A DNA stretch of 64,000 nt from Vicugna vicugna (taxonomy: Eukaryota): the NCBI GenBank assembly GCA_013265495.1, contig MU058252.1, forward strand, positions 1,956,244 to 2,020,243, written 5' to 3'. The first letter of the stretch is position 1; every line of letters starts with the position of its first letter. The position numbers and the translations under genes were made by a program. The notes under the pieces were generated by a model. The model saw only the letters and a program-made list of their open reading frames with translations. It made no database searches and was not told where the DNA came from. This document shows positions 12,860 to 26,891 of this stretch, piece after piece.

Positions 12860-15800
12860 CTCCTGCAGAATAAAAAGTGTTAAAGGAAGTTCTTCAGACG
12901 GAAGCAAACTGATGTCAGATGGAGTAGCGGATCTATAAAGAAATGAAGAACACCAGATGCTGTAAATATGCTAGTAAATGACAAAATTTTTTAAACTCTT
13001 TTTCTTTTTAAAAGACTTTTTGAAAGATAACTGAGTATTTCAAGAAAAATAATAGTGTTTTGTGCAGTTTACACAGAAATAAAATGTATAAAAAAGTACA
13101 AAAGATGGGTGGGAGGAAATTAAAGAATTCTGTTATACGGTATTTATACTACATGTGAAATGATATATTATTATTTTAAGGTGCACTACGATGAGTGAAA
13201 AATGCCTGTTCTAAACTCTAGGCCAACTACTAAAAAAAGAAGTACGGCGAGTGGCAATAAAACAGACTTTTAAAACACACGTAATCCAAGATTAGACAAG
13301 AAAAAGAGGAGCACTGGGAAAATGAACACACAGGTGGCAGCTTCAAATCTAACATCATTTGCATTGCATATGCTTGGCCTCAACACTCCATTTAAAAGGC
13401 AAAAGGCAGAGAAGTTAGGTTAATAAAGAAGCATGACCAATGGTAGGTCTTCTACAAGGTATGCTTTCAATACAAAGATACAGATAAGTTAGAAGTCAAA
13501 AAAGGTGGAAAATATACCGTGCAAACACTAATTATAAGGCAGACGGAGTGGTAATAATTATATCACAGAAAGAAGCCTTCAGAACGAGGGCTGTCACCAC
13601 GGGTGAAGAGCATTTCATAGTGACATATGGGCAATCTTTAAGAAGACATAACAATCCCCAATACATACAAACATAACAGAGCTTCAAAATACACAAAGCG
13701 AGAACTGAGAGACGTGAAAACAGAAACAGACAAACCTACCCCCGTGGCTGGACATCCCATTACCTGCCTCTCAGTAAGTGACAGAACAAACACACAGAAG
13801 GTTCCAAAGAGTACAGAACACATGCACAACACGGTCACCAAGCTGATCGAACTGACGTTTGTGTTAGGTCGATACGCCCATCTAACAGAGGCAAAACGCA
13901 AGTCATTTCAACTGTACCGGAAATACTCGCCAGAAAAGACCCCACTCTAGGGCATGAAACACTTCTCGGTAACCTTTAAATAGATTAAATCAAACAAAAA
14001 TATAACCTCTGAATCAAATGGTTTTAAAATAGACTAAGACTATATTTGGCAAATTCCTCCAAGTTCAGAAATTAAACAAGATACTTTAAAATGACACAAG
14101 AAAATGGTTGAGAATGCAACATAGGAAAACGTGGGGATGCAGGTAAAGCAGTATTCATGAAAAAATTTATAATGCATAAGTCGAAAGGTCTAAAAATAAA
14201 TGGCTGAACATTTCAACTTATAAAAGGTTGAAAAAAAAGAAAGAAAGGCAGAAGAGAAGGTTAAGCAAAGGCAAGTGCAAGTAAGGAACCAGTAAACGAT
14301 GCCTGGGCAGCTGAAGACAAGGGCAACAGTCTAGGGCCTCAGTGCTCCGCCTCCTCAGTGTTTCTCCAGGTCTAGTGGGCACATCGAGGGAGGGGAAGAG
14401 TATACAAACACCACACTCCCAGCAGAACAGAAAATGCCCAGAGTTCAAAAAAGCTACGTGAAAAGTGGGAGGATGCTGTGATCTGGGTTCAGCCTCTCAC
14501 GGCCCTTTCGCACACACTCTGCTGCAGGCTTTGGGAGGAGCGAACAGACCAGCGACACGGGTGGGGCAAGAAAAGAAGGGAGCGGGCCCTGGACCAAGAC
14601 TGGCCCACCGCCGCCGCCAGAGAGCCTTGCCCCCCGGACTGGGGACTCCTGAGAAGTGTCTGGGTGACCGGAAGGGACCAAATGCACACACCAAAGGGGA
14701 AATCTTCAAAACGAATAACCCCTAGGGGAGGGAAGAAAATGCAAAAAAGAGGTGAGATGTGCATTGGCGATGTAGTGGTGGAGGGGAAATTCTAAGATCC
14801 TGCAAGACAAAACCTCCACAAAATCAGAAGAAACACAACCCTTCTTCCCTGCTACACACACTCACACCAAAAAATAAACTAAATTAAATTTAAAAATCCA
14901 CTGGAGCGCCTGAACTTTGCTTTACCAATAGAAGAAGGCACTGTTACACTAGGAACTTCGTAACCATTCCAATCCCACAAAAACAAACAATGAAAGTTCA
15001 ACATATACACATTCATTATCGCCAAAAAACTCACTAAAATTAAAGTCAACATTTATCCCCCACCCTGGCAAATAATCACGAAGGAGAAAACTAAGACAGC
15101 TCTCCAAGTGGCGTCACATACACCCAAGCAAGCATTTGCACATGTAAAAAAGAACCTTGATGAGAAATCCCAAAACTGAATAGAATGAACAAACAAACAA
15201 AAATCACCAGCAAGGAACAAAAAGAGAGTTTACCGAGCTTAGGAAAGAAACAAAAGAAAAGACAAAATTATCTCAGATGTTAATAATAAATTCCATGATG
15301 TAGACTCAAATGAAAATTAAGTAAGAATCACTGAAGGAAGGCAAATAACCAAAATAAATTTAAAATGAGGTTAAAAAAATAAAAGAATCAGAAAAAAGTA
15401 GTGGAAATGGAAGACAAGCGAAGTAGGAAAAGCATTTGTAGTTTTGGGGTCCCCAAGGAAGAAAACAGAACAGTAGAACTAAGTTTTAAAACGATAAACC
15501 CAAGAAAATCTTCCAGAAAAAAAGACTCCTTTAACCTGTACCTTGGTAGGACTTACGAGGTGTCTGGGAGCATGAACTCGGAATAATCAACTCCGAGGCA
15601 CAACCTAGGAAAACTTGTAGATTTCAAAGATGAAAAAAGAATTTCTCAAAGCCTCAAGCCAAGATCAAATAATTTAGAAAGATAAAAGAAATTAGGCTGC
15701 CGACGGCTTCTTCAAAAGGGAGCATAAAGGAAGATAAAAATAAAGCAGCATTTTAAAAAAGCTTCAAGACCATTGGAAAACAGTTGTCAACATAGAAGAG

Positions 15801-16000
15801 GTAAGGGAATTCTGTACCTTTTCAAGGCCTTTTGAAGAATTTATTACAGAATGAGCTCCAATATCATAGCAACCAAATCTGAAAAAATTTGAGGATGAAA
15901 GTAAATAATGATAGTAAAGGGCAAAAAGCTACAGACTGAAACAGGTATCTGTGTTAATATAAATGCAGAGAAAGGGCCGGCTTTTTCTTATGCTGGAATT
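12860..16000 (+). mobile_element. Old degraded L1 segments (ORF1/ORF2 start-like)
   Basis: A-rich; endonuclease-region remnants (gcaaacactaat..., gaagacataacaatc). Confidence 0.7.
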
Positions 16001-16134
16001 CTAATTAATACACGGAGAATGATGGGAAAGACAGTCACCAGGAGACAAACACCACAGCAGAAATTGTTACAGTCAAGAGGGGCGGGTAGATGCCAAAATG
16101 AGTACACGAAAGTGCGAGAAGAAACTGCAGAGAT

Positions 16135-16398
16135 TTACAGTGGTTACCAGGGGGAAGGGGGTGGGAAGGGACACATCTGAGAGTTTGAGATTTGCAAATG
16201 GTAACCACTGTATATAAAAACAGATAAAACAAATGTCCTGTGTACAGCACAGGGAACCATATTCAGTATCTTGTGATAACCTTTAATGAAAAAGAACAGG
16301 AAAATGAATATACGTATGTGCACGCATGACGGGGACGTTGTGCTGTGCACCAGAAGTTGACACATTGTACCTGACTGCACTTCAATTAAAAAAAAAAG
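16135..16398 (+). mobile_element. Young L1 3' end
   Basis: Same 3' UTR as the other copies, poly-A tail. Confidence 0.85.
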
Positions 16399-16479
16399 AA
16401 GTTGTATGCCTTAAATATGCATAACTTTTCATATGTCAGTTACACCTCCAGAAAGTGATATTTTTAAGGTCAAAAGATT

Positions 16480-18180
16480 TACACAAACACTTCACAAAAG
16501 AAGACATATACAGTATTAAATATCATCTGTTATGTATCATATTTTATACGCACGTGGCCAGTGAGCACATCCATAGAAGGGGACGCTGGACGTTACTAGA
16601 CTTCAGAATAAGGAACATTAAAACCACTAGGATAATCAAAATGTAAAAGGCTGACAGCACCGAGTGGTGACAGAGATGTGGAGCATGTGAGAACAGAGAC
16701 ATGCGGCAACCGGAGGAGACGGGAATGGTAGATCCACCTTGGAAAACACTTCAGCAGTTTCCTTGACAGCTTCTCTACACTGAAGTATATGCTGCGTCAC
16801 CCGGGAATTCCACCCCTGGGCACTTACCCACATAAATAAAAACATATCTCCACTCGAAGACTTGAGCCATTGCTCTATTCACAGCAACTGAAAATGAGCC
16901 ACCACCAAACGTCCACAACGTGGGAGACAGTGGACAGACCAGGTTACACCTGCTCAATGGAATATGGAATTCCTGCTCAGCAACAAAAAGAAACGAACTT
17001 CTAATGAGTGTATATGACAAAATGAAGGTCCTCAAATCAAAACTACGATGAAGTATCACCTCACACCAGTCAGAATGGCCATCATTCAGAAGTCCACAAA
17101 CAGTAAATGCTGGAGAGGCTGTGGAGAAAAGGGACCCCTCCTACACTGCTGGTGGGAATGCAGTTTGGTGCAGCCACTGTGGAAAACAGAACGGAGATTC
17201 TTCAAAAGACTAAAAATAGACTTACCATATGATCCAGCAATCCCACTCCTGGGCATATACCCAGAGGGAACCTTAATTCAAAAAGATACATGCACCCCAA
17301 TGTTTACAGCAGCACTATTTACAATAGCCAAGACATGGAAACAATCTAAATGTCCACTGACAGATGACAGCATAAATAAGCAGTGGTATATTTACACAAT
17401 GGAATACTACTCAGCCATAAAACGAATGAAATAATGCCATTTGCAGCAACATGGATGGACCTGGAGATCGTCATTCTAAGTGAAGTAAGCCAGAAAGAGA
17501 AATACCATATAATATCACTCATATGTGGAATGTGAAAAAAAAAGGCAAACAAACTTATTTGCAAAACAGAAACAGACTCTCAGACACAGAGAACAAACTT
17601 GTGATTACTGGGGAGGGGATAAATTGTGAGTTAGAGATTTTCAGATACCAACTGATATATATATATAGAATATGTAAACAACAAGTTTCTACTGTACAGC
17701 ACAGGGAACTGTATTCAATACCCTGTAATAACCTCTAATGAAAAAGAATATGAAAAGGAATATATGTATGTTCATGTATGACTGAAGCATTATGCTGAAC
17801 ACCAGAAATTGACACATTGTAAACTGACTATACTTCAATAAAAAAATATATAATCAAAGAAAAAAAAACCCATGATGCTGAGAAGAGGGGCTAACACAGA
17901 AAAGGACATTGTGCATGATTTAATTTCTTTGAACTTCTAGAAGAGGTGACACTAACCTGTCGTGACAGGAAGCTCATTGGCTTTTGCCCACTCTGAGACG
18001 TGTCGGGGAGTGACCGTGAAGGGGTCTCAGGGGAGCTGGGGATGATAAAAATGTCCCGGGTCTTGGCGGTGGTGATGGTGACAGGGGTGTATACCTTTGT
18101 CAAGACTCGTCGAGCCGTATACAGAAAAAGAGTGTATTTGTCAGTCCGTAAGTGTACCTCAATAAAATCGATTTTAAAAA
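16480..18180 (+). mobile_element. Old L1M 3' region, interrupted by a younger L1
   Basis: cacttcacaaaagaagacata... through ...tacctcaataaa. Confidence 0.7.
17033..17868 (+). mobile_element. Young L1: ORF2 C-terminus plus 3' UTR
   Basis: ORF 17048-17434 ([11 protein letters not shown]...HCWWEC...[13 protein letters not shown]) is the L1 ORF2 C-terminal region; poly-A tail. Confidence 0.95.
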
Positions 18181-19569
18181 TCACTCCTGAGACGGGCTTG
18201 AAGCACAGCACGGACTCTCATCGATAGAATTTGGCTGCATGAGAATAAGAACGTCTTGAAAACTTCCGCCGGTCCGGCTGACCTTTCTATTGTTACGTCA
18301 CCTCAACACTCCAAAGGGCGATGGAACCGCTTTGAAGGTTTTCAGACGTGCTGGTGCTCGGCAGCCTTCCTAGAGCCCCAATGCAGCCAGTGGAGGTCGC
18401 CAGAGAGACCGCTTCCTCCGTGGCACAGAGGAGCCTCGGACGTGACACCAGGGCCAGGTGTCCGATGCTGAGAGAGGAGAGAATGATTCCGTCCCCAGGG
18501 TCACGGCTGAGAAAATCTGCCCCAGCAACAAAAGGCGCCCTCCGTGATGTACCCGGGGCACTGATCTGAGAGCTGGGCGCAGGATCTGAGCCGACCTGAC
18601 TCCAGAGATGGCCAGCTTCCCCCTGCCTGAGCCCCCAGTGCTGCTGACGCCCCTTTACCAAGACCTCCGAGGCCGGGTGGGGCGGGCGCTGGCTCAGAGG
18701 CCAGACTTGCCCACAGGAACCAGGCGGGGCTGCCGGCATTGCCGTAGGGACCCCAGTAATCAGCGCCTCCCCCGTGCCTCCCCACAGCAGCGGGCGAGGA
18801 CGAGGGGATGGTTACAGGGCACTGTCCGCCCGCCAGCTCTGCTCACTCCCGGACAGCGGCCTCTCAGGTCACTGGTTTGTCACCTCCAACCCGCGTCTAT
18901 GGCTTTTCTTGTGTCTTGCTGCCCCTTCCTTAAATCGTCACAAAATTGGGTTCTTAGATGATTTGCCAGGCACTTCTGAGTCCAAATTTTCATTTTCAGA
19001 AAGTTGCACATATGTATGTATGCAGGTGAGTTAATACATTCTTAACAGAGTTATAAAGTCCAGACAGGTGAAAAGGAGGAGATAGGAATTGCTTTTAATG
19101 CGCCGCCCTGAAGTGATCACTGTTCACATTTTTATGAATTTCCTTCGAGGACGGACTGCATTGCTTTCTCGCTTCCTTCAGGGAGGATTCAAGGTGGGTC
19201 GCAACGGACATTCCTAGAAAACAAGGGGCTTGTCAGTCTTGACTTCCTTTGTATCCACTGTGCCTACTACAAACCCGGGCCTGGGGTTTTCTGAACGGGC
19301 AGGCGAATGACAGTCGTTACAAGACCGAGACTTCCCTTCCGACCTGCTGGTCTTTCTCCAGAACCACGCTGACGCTTTGGCTGCTGGGCTGCAGCCCAGA
19401 GGTGGGCTTTGCTCGGAAGAAGATGGCGAGTGCGCTGAGTGGTGGATGTCCCGCTGGGCCGGGGGGTCCTGCGATGTGATGCTGTGGGAGAGCTTCATTG
19501 TCCACACTGTCCCTGACCTCACGGTCTAATAACCAAATTTACACTGTGCCAAACATGTACATTGACTTG

Positions 19570-19710
19570 TTTCTTAGAATCACTCCATGAAATGGGAGCA
19601 GTTACTGGCTCTCATTTATAAATGAGGAAGCTGAAGATCAGAGAGGTTAAGTAACCAGCAGAGCCAAATCTGAACCCAGGCAGTCTGGTTCCAGGATCTG
19701 AACTCTCATC
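19570..19710 (-). mobile_element. MIR
   Basis: atgaggaagctgaagatcagagaggttaagtaac core. Confidence 0.75.
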
Positions 19711-22169
19711 CATGGCACCCGATGCATGGTCACCATAAGCTACACAGGACTAATGCACTAGACAGAGGTCATGACAGCACAGTCCGCAAGCCTACACTCT
19801 GAAGTGAAGGGTGTCTGGAGGTCCACTGGCCCCCTCTGCCTCACCAGACACAGATAAGATGGTGGGAGTGGCCAGCCTTGGCAGGAAAACGTGTAGGCAG
19901 GCTGGCCTTGTACCGTGAGCGGTTGAGTTTGTTGCCCTGTGGCTTACCTGAGACACACACTCTCCTAACTGACCACTGGTGGCCATTCAAGCTTCTTAAG
20001 ATATGGTTCTCAGTGATTCCAGGTCACTTCATTTCAGAAAGGACACCCTGTTTTACTGAACCCTCCTTTGATTCTTAAATGTGTTGAAATGTGATGACCC
20101 TGGATTTCCCCTCATCGTGTACACGGTGAGGGTAAAAGAGGTCACCAAAATGTCTGGCTTCTCTTCTCCATTCAACTCCCGACAAAGTGCCCAGTCTAAC
20201 CCTGAGACTGTGGGTGGGGGGCAGAGAACAGGTGAATGTAGATTTCATGGCCTCAGACGATACCCTCTAAACCAGGAGACGCATAGGGCATTCAAACAGA
20301 CGCGAGGCAAACACTTCCATCCAGCTCAAGATCCATCCACTAAACACACCTCGGGAGAATCTCATAGACTAACTTAGGGCAAAGGTCCATCCATAAGGCC
20401 CATGACATGGCAGATCCTGACTCCCACATGCCAGTCCTGTACCATCCATAACCCAGTGGCAGGTACATATTTATTTTCATGTCCTGTAGGATTTGCAGAA
20501 GGCCCGGGGGTGCTGCTGGGATATTAAAGAATTTACATGAGTGACCATGACCATACATCACACGGCATCTACAAACTCTTTACTATGTGCTGGGTACCGC
20601 AGTTAGAGCTCAGGTGCACCCCTCAGAGGGAAAGGGATTAAGTTCAAGGTTACTAAGCTATTAAGCTGCACAGGTGAAGCTGGTTCTAGCTGTGCCCTTA
20701 GCATAATCACAGTGGTGTTACAGGAGGGACGTGTGGAGCCTGGCCCTGGAGAGACCACAGTGGCCTGTCCCTCGTGGCTGTGCACTCTCTCTGCTCTTCT
20801 CGGAGCAGGGTGCTTATTATCAGGCCACCAGGTGATGTGTGTGTCATCTTGGTGGATGACAACTGGCATGGTGAACGCCCCTTCACACCACTCCTGTCTT
20901 GAGACCCGGCCCCTTATCCTATGTCCCAGGGGATCGCTCAGTTATTCTGAGAAACGTGAGTCAAAGACAAATGTCCCCAGTGCTCGCTGGTGAGGACTGA
21001 GTATGTCTACTGGCACTGAATCACTAAACCCTAGCAGCCTGTGCCCCCCAAACACAACTTAAAGCACAGAGAAGCATGTTCCTGCCTCGACCACACGCCG
21101 GATTCGAGATTGCCCTTACCAAACCACGCAACCAAGCAAAATAACGCGGATGAAAGGTGCTCGTGCAGAGCGCGAGGCCCACTGCGGGCGGAAGCTTGCG
21201 CCATGGTTTTGCTCCCACGGTTCCGCAGCATTTCCTCTCGTATCCCTCTGTGTATTGCACAGGTGAGCCTGTGGTCGCTTTGGGTCTTACTAGGTGCGGT
21301 GTTCTTCCTCCTTGGACACATTTAGGGCATTCCTTTTCATACAGAGCTCATACAGAGTGGTTATTTTTGTGCAGACGATGGTACAGAGCTTGCTCCAGCT
21401 CGTCATTTAGCGATCAAGACAATGTTGCCATTTTCCTTGCCACTGTGGTCGGCGCCAACATACCCCTACCATGACCAGCTCGTCACACACGTGCGGACGG
21501 CCTGAGAGAGCCACCGGTTACCTCTGACACACTGGTGAGTAATGACAATCGTTAAGGAGCCATGCTTGTGCTCGGCGAGAGCTTTGATTGATTGGCTGAA
21601 ACAAGGAGTTTCTTGCTGAAGAATAAAAATAAATACTACAAATGGCTTTACCATGTAAGATTCCACAAGAGCCCGAGACGTACACAGGAAGTTGATCAGT
21701 ATCCAGAGCTCCTTGTTTCAGCCGCGATCGCGTGGAAGCGTCAGTGAACCACAGACCATCCACCCGGGAAGCTCTCACGGACAGCAGACTGGCTCCGTTA
21801 AAATTTGCAGACTTTCTTCCCTCAGAAGTTTGCAAGAGCATTCTGTGTTCTCAACATTTTAGAACAGGATGGCTTTTCGATGACTTTATACCTTCTATAC
21901 TGAATAGTTCTGCGTTTCTTAGCCACAGCCAACATCGCTAAGGTACTGTTTTGCTTCCGACAGCCCGAGGGCTGCACTGACCGATTGCCTAGGCAACGTG
22001 TGAGCAGCAGAAAATTAACCGTCAAGAGTGAAACGAAAGATTAACTTCATTACTCACCAGAGGTGACACAGCATCAGCATTTTCTTGATTTAATGTATTT
22101 GTCTGGGTCTTCTGCCTACAAATTAAAAAAAAATGAACATACAGTAACATATTACTTGGCATCATGAAA

Positions 22170-22920
22170 TGAGTTATTAGCAATAATACATTATTTTTTC
22201 CTAATTACGAAAATAACCTATAATCATTTTTTAAAAGTGGAAAATGCAAAAAAGAACAAATTTGAAAATAAAAATCATCCATAATACTGTACTATCTATA
22301 ATTCTAGCTACTGAGGCGACAGTTTTTAACCACCCTAATATAAATTGTTTCAGTCTTTTGTTCCCACGCGGGCTACATATATGCACATCTGTGCATACAA
22401 TTTACACAAGTGAAGAGTTACTCTGCATTCTGTTTTACAAGATACTCTGTCATTTAATAAAACCATAATAATTTTTCTATGTCATTCAATTTTTTCCCTA
22501 CCTGAAACCTTTTAAGGAATGCATACAATTCTCATCTCTGGAGCTATCCTAACTTATTTAATCAATAACAAATTGTTAAATATTCAGGTTGTTTTCAATT
22601 TTAGATTATTTTTAATCATACAATTAAATCTACACGCTGAGCAGTATCCTGGCATATTTGTACACATGTATCTGATTATTTCTTTAGATAAATTTTTCAA
22701 GTAGAATTGCTGTGTTAAAGAGCAAGTGTATTTTAAGTGCTTTAATACTTCTGCAGAATTTCTTTCCAAAAGACTGTACTGATTGACACTCACACTAACA
22801 GTGTCATTTCCTCAAGCCCCCCCAAAGTGCGTTACCTGGCTTACCATGCCTTTCCTGACAAATCATAACATATCTTTGTGTCTTAATATTAGTTTAATTT
22901 CTATTTTTGTTACTAGTGAT
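22170..22920 (-). mobile_element. Ancient L1 (L1ME-like)
   Basis: T-rich antisense L1 3' sequence. Confidence 0.6.
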
Positions 22921-22989
22921 ATTAATTCTGTCTATAATGCGTATTCCCTTTGCTTTTAGACCTTTTTGGAGGGAGCCTTCCTAAAAAGT

Positions 22990-23515
22990 ATTGTCTATGT
23001 GTTTTTACGTATTTTTGCATAATAAATGACCACAAGCTCAATGGCTTAAAATGCCAGGCATTCTTAAACTCAGAGTTTCTGTGGGTCAGGGATTGTGTAT
23101 GGCTTAGCCAGGTCCTCCACTTCAGAGTGTCTCAAGGATTGCAGTAAAGGTGTGAGCCAGGGCTGAGGTCTCATTTGGTGGCTCAGCTGGGAAAGGATCA
23201 GCTTCCAACCCATTCACATGGGTTTTGACAGGATCCAGTTCCTTTCAGGCTGCTGGACTAGAGGCCTCAGTTTCTAGCTGACTGTTACCCAGAGCCCACC
23301 CTCAGGTGGCTTTCTCCACATGACAGCTTGCTTTGCCGGAGTCAGTAAAGGGCAGAGTCTACTAGCAAGATGGATTCCACTGATCACAGGGCGATATCCC
23401 TGCAACGTGGACTTACCCTACTGGTTGGAAGAAAGTTATTCTGGGGGAAGAGGTTGCTTAAGGCCATGACTATCAGAGGCCATCTGGGACCATCATAGAA
23501 GTTACCTTCCACAAC
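22990..23515 (-). mobile_element. MLT1-type LTR
   Basis: gaccacaagctcaatggcttaaaa...tttctgtgggtcaggg. Confidence 0.75.
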
Positions 23516-23559
23516 ACACTCCTGTTTTTTTGGAGGTCTATATAAAAACATGTGACCTT

Positions 23560-23720
23560 TATTTGATGACTCATACCTCTATGTCTCAGCTTGCTAATAA
23601 GCAAAATAAGGATAAGATATTAATCAACTCGTGGAGTTGTTGTGAAGATTAAATGAAATATTTTTTTAAATGCTTAGAATAATCTCTGGTACATAGCAAG
23701 TACCACATCAGTATCTGTAG
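23560..23720 (+). mobile_element. MIR
   Basis: gttgttgtgaagattaaatga...tgcttagaata. Confidence 0.7.
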
Positions 23721-23723
23721 TTA

Positions 23724-24045
23724 TCGTCATCTTCTCCATCATCATCATTACATTATCATCATCACCAAAACCATCACATCATCTTATCATCATTAGAACC
23801 ATCATCATCATCACCATCATCATCACATCATCTCATCATCATCATCATTACTGTCATCACCACATCATCTCATCATCATCATCATCACATCATCATCATC
23901 ACCATCATTATCACATCATCTCATCATCATTAGAACCACCACCATCACCATCACTACATCATATCATCATCATCATTACTGTCATCATCACATCACCTCA
24001 TCATTATCATCACATCATCATCACCATCATTCTGTCATCTCCATC
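23724..24045. repeat. Degenerate (CAT)n simple repeat
   Basis: ~320 bp of catcatcat/cacatcatct units. Confidence 0.95.
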
Positions 24046-24377
24046 GTGTTATAGTGCCCTCAAGAACAAAATCTTTTGTAGGGTTGTGAACTTCCTCAGA
24101 AATGTGTTGGATGTATGAAATAATGAGTGAAGTGGATAAAAACAAACGTCACTGTCATTTGGGATTATCTGGTCAGTCCAATGTTTGTATTTTCTAGTTG
24201 TTCAAGATCTTTTCTGCCTTCTGGTCATTTGTCCACCAATGGTAATCTCCTGGTAGTCAGTCTTCTTTCCCCTGCTAGTGATTTCCCTTTCCTCTCTGGG
24301 AGACCATCACCTGACTAACTGAGAGGCAAACTACCAAAACTTGGTTATGCAATAATTACAAGGAATTAATTACTTAC

Positions 24378-24498
24378 TTAATTTGGAAGATTTTCTGAAC
24401 AAGCAATTAAATTTTGTCTCGTTTCCTGCTGCTAGTCTCCTCAGAAAATAACCAAGAGTAACTGTTTTCCTTTCTCTTCCTTCTGCTCTCGAGGATAC
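24378..24498 (-). pseudogene. Pseudo-exon (Q)YPREQKEEKGKQLLLVIF*GD*QQ... (phase 2-0)
   Basis: gcatag acceptor, gtaagt donor; continues the RGS helix 3-4 pattern from the previous exon. Confidence 0.55.
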
Positions 24499-25566
24499 CT
24501 ATGCCTCTATTCTCAAGGTCTAAACTGTCCTTGTCTCTTAGGAGAAGTTGATGTGTGTGTGTGTGTGTCTGTGTGTTAGTACTTTATAAAAGAAGTTGCC
24601 AAGAGTCTTCACAAACAATATTTAAGGGGCCTTTTAGTAGCAACTTCATAATACATACACAAGAGCAGCTTAAGGGATGAGTAAATCTTGTTGAAAAAGG
24701 GAATAAGAGTTTGTCTTACTTCCTGTCTGCAGCTGGCTTTATCTAGGAAGTGCATTATATAGACTGTATATTTACCTGCACTGGCCTTGTTGAGAAGGCT
24801 GATGGAAATTATGTGGAGGATAAAGGCTCCTGCAGTCTATGCCTTGGTATCTCCATTTTACAGGTACAAACTTGCAGTCAAAAGGATAAATGACATAACC
24901 AAGATCACACCACAGGGTTGTGGCCTTGAGGTTTGAAGTAGACCTTCTGCTGTTAAACTCAGGCCGCTTTCCAGGGAATAATATCTGAATGCCACTGGAC
25001 TAGCCACTGGGAGAGCAGAAAGAGGAGATTCGTCATCTCTGAGTTTATGCTAACAATATCCAATAAGGATTTTTACATTCAAGAATTCTCAATTTTCCTG
25101 TCATAGAAAGAATTGCTATTTAAGAACCCTCAGGTTTAGTTTTGCCATTAATTGGTTCTGTGGGGAAAAAATTAATTCCTTGCCTAATATCAAATTTTCC
25201 TTCATTTTTATTAACAAAACTCTCCTGTTTAGTGACTCTTTCTGGGTTGTTTGTTTTGTTGTGTACGTGTGGGGAAGTATGTGCGTGCACACGTGTGTGT
25301 GTTTACAGCACCAAATGCATTCAGCTAAAAGATGACATTTCTCAGCCCAGGTTGAACTATGAATGGTCATACGGCTGTTGTGACCAGTGAGATGTTCTTG
25401 GCTGGGAATTTGAGAAGGGCTCCTTTGAGATGGGACAGAATTGTCTGAATGCCCTTTTGCTTTTCCATCTTTCAGGTTTTTGCTGCCTGGCAGGTGGATG
25501 AGATGCTGCAGTCCCTGCCTGGGGCTCATGGGAGAACCCAGAAAACAGAAGCTGCAAAGAGCCTAG

Positions 25567-25885
25567 ATTATTTTATTGACGTATAGTCGGCTTACAATGT
25601 TGTGTTAATTTCTGGTGTACAGCTTAGTGGTTTATTATATACACACATTCCTTTTCATATCCTTTTTATTATAGCCCATTACAAGGTATTGAGTAGAGTT
25701 CCCTGTGCTGTACAGTAGGACCTTGCTGTTTATCCAGTTTCACAATGATTTTCTGTGTAGTCCCACTTGTACGAGATCTTCTGCCAGAACTCAGTGGGTG
25801 CTCTGTGAGAAATACTCCACACGCTGACGTGTTTTTGTGTTTGTGGGAGAGGGTGAGCTCTGCATCCTTCTGTTACACCACCTTG
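25567..25885 (-). mobile_element. L1 fragments
   Basis: Reverse complement of the L1 3' end plus an additional L1-like piece. Confidence 0.75.
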
Positions 25886-26700
25886 AAGACCGAGCCTATA
25901 TTTTTAAGGAGCATGGGACCATAGCACCAGCCCAGACCGCCCACCTTGAATTTATTTTATGTGGGAGAATATATGTCCTTACATGTCTAAGCCACTGTTA
26001 ATTAGAGTTTCGCCTTACATGCAGCCAAATCTTAACTAATAAATTGTGTGATCTTGAGAATAAATTCACATTTCTGTGTCTAAGTTTTCATATCTGCAGA
26101 ATGGGCTCCTGTGAGAGATGGGGAGTGGAACTTGGCCTTATGATTAGGTGGTTTTAAGGGTTCCTCTAGCCCATTATTGAATGGTTCTTTTTAGGTTTCG
26201 GGTATCCTACTATTCTATAGTCTCAGAATGTCGATTCCAAGCCTTTCATTAACTCCCTAAAATTCCAAGTTTTAGTATGAGTCACAACACTGAAAAAAAA
26301 TGAGATGAGAGATGTTCTGCTCCTTCAAAGAATTATTTTGTTAGGTGTCTGTTCATGGATGTGTATGTCGGTGTTTGTGTATATGCGTATGTGTGTGTGT
26401 CCTTTTACAATTTATCTTTCTGAGCCAATTTAATTCTCAGCATAATAAAGGCTCATTCAATTAGATTCTACTGGTTAAATTGTGTGATAATTTGGTAGGA
26501 GGCTGGATCAAAGATTACTTCAATTTTTTTGTGAGAAAAAAAGACTCCCCAAATAAATGCACACTATAAATAAGGCAATTTATCTCTGTTTAGGAGAACA
26601 AACTGTTTTCACTTACTACAGAAAAAAAATCTATTTACATAAAGATTAATTAATGTACTAAGTAGAAGTCATTCTTACCAGCTAATTAAATTTTGCTCAC

Positions 26701-26891
26701 TGGCAAAATTTTGCTAGAGCTTCTCCATTTACTGTTGGAACGGAGCTGAAAGCAGTTCGACTTCCTGACTTTGAAGTGTTGGGGGATTCAAACCTATTGC
26801 CCAATTTGTCTAAATCAATGATGTCTGCTGTTGGTTCATTTTTACCTCTCCCTGATACAGATGCAGAAAGATTAAATGCCATTCCTTTTTC
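26701..26891 (-). pseudogene. Pseudo-exon EKGMAFNL...NGEALAKFC (phase 0-2)
   Basis: aatttag acceptor, gtgagc donor; 191 bp fully open. Confidence 0.6.

Noticed and set aside
17048..17434. 128-aa ORF as a host gene
   Set aside because: It is the L1 ORF2 C-terminus.
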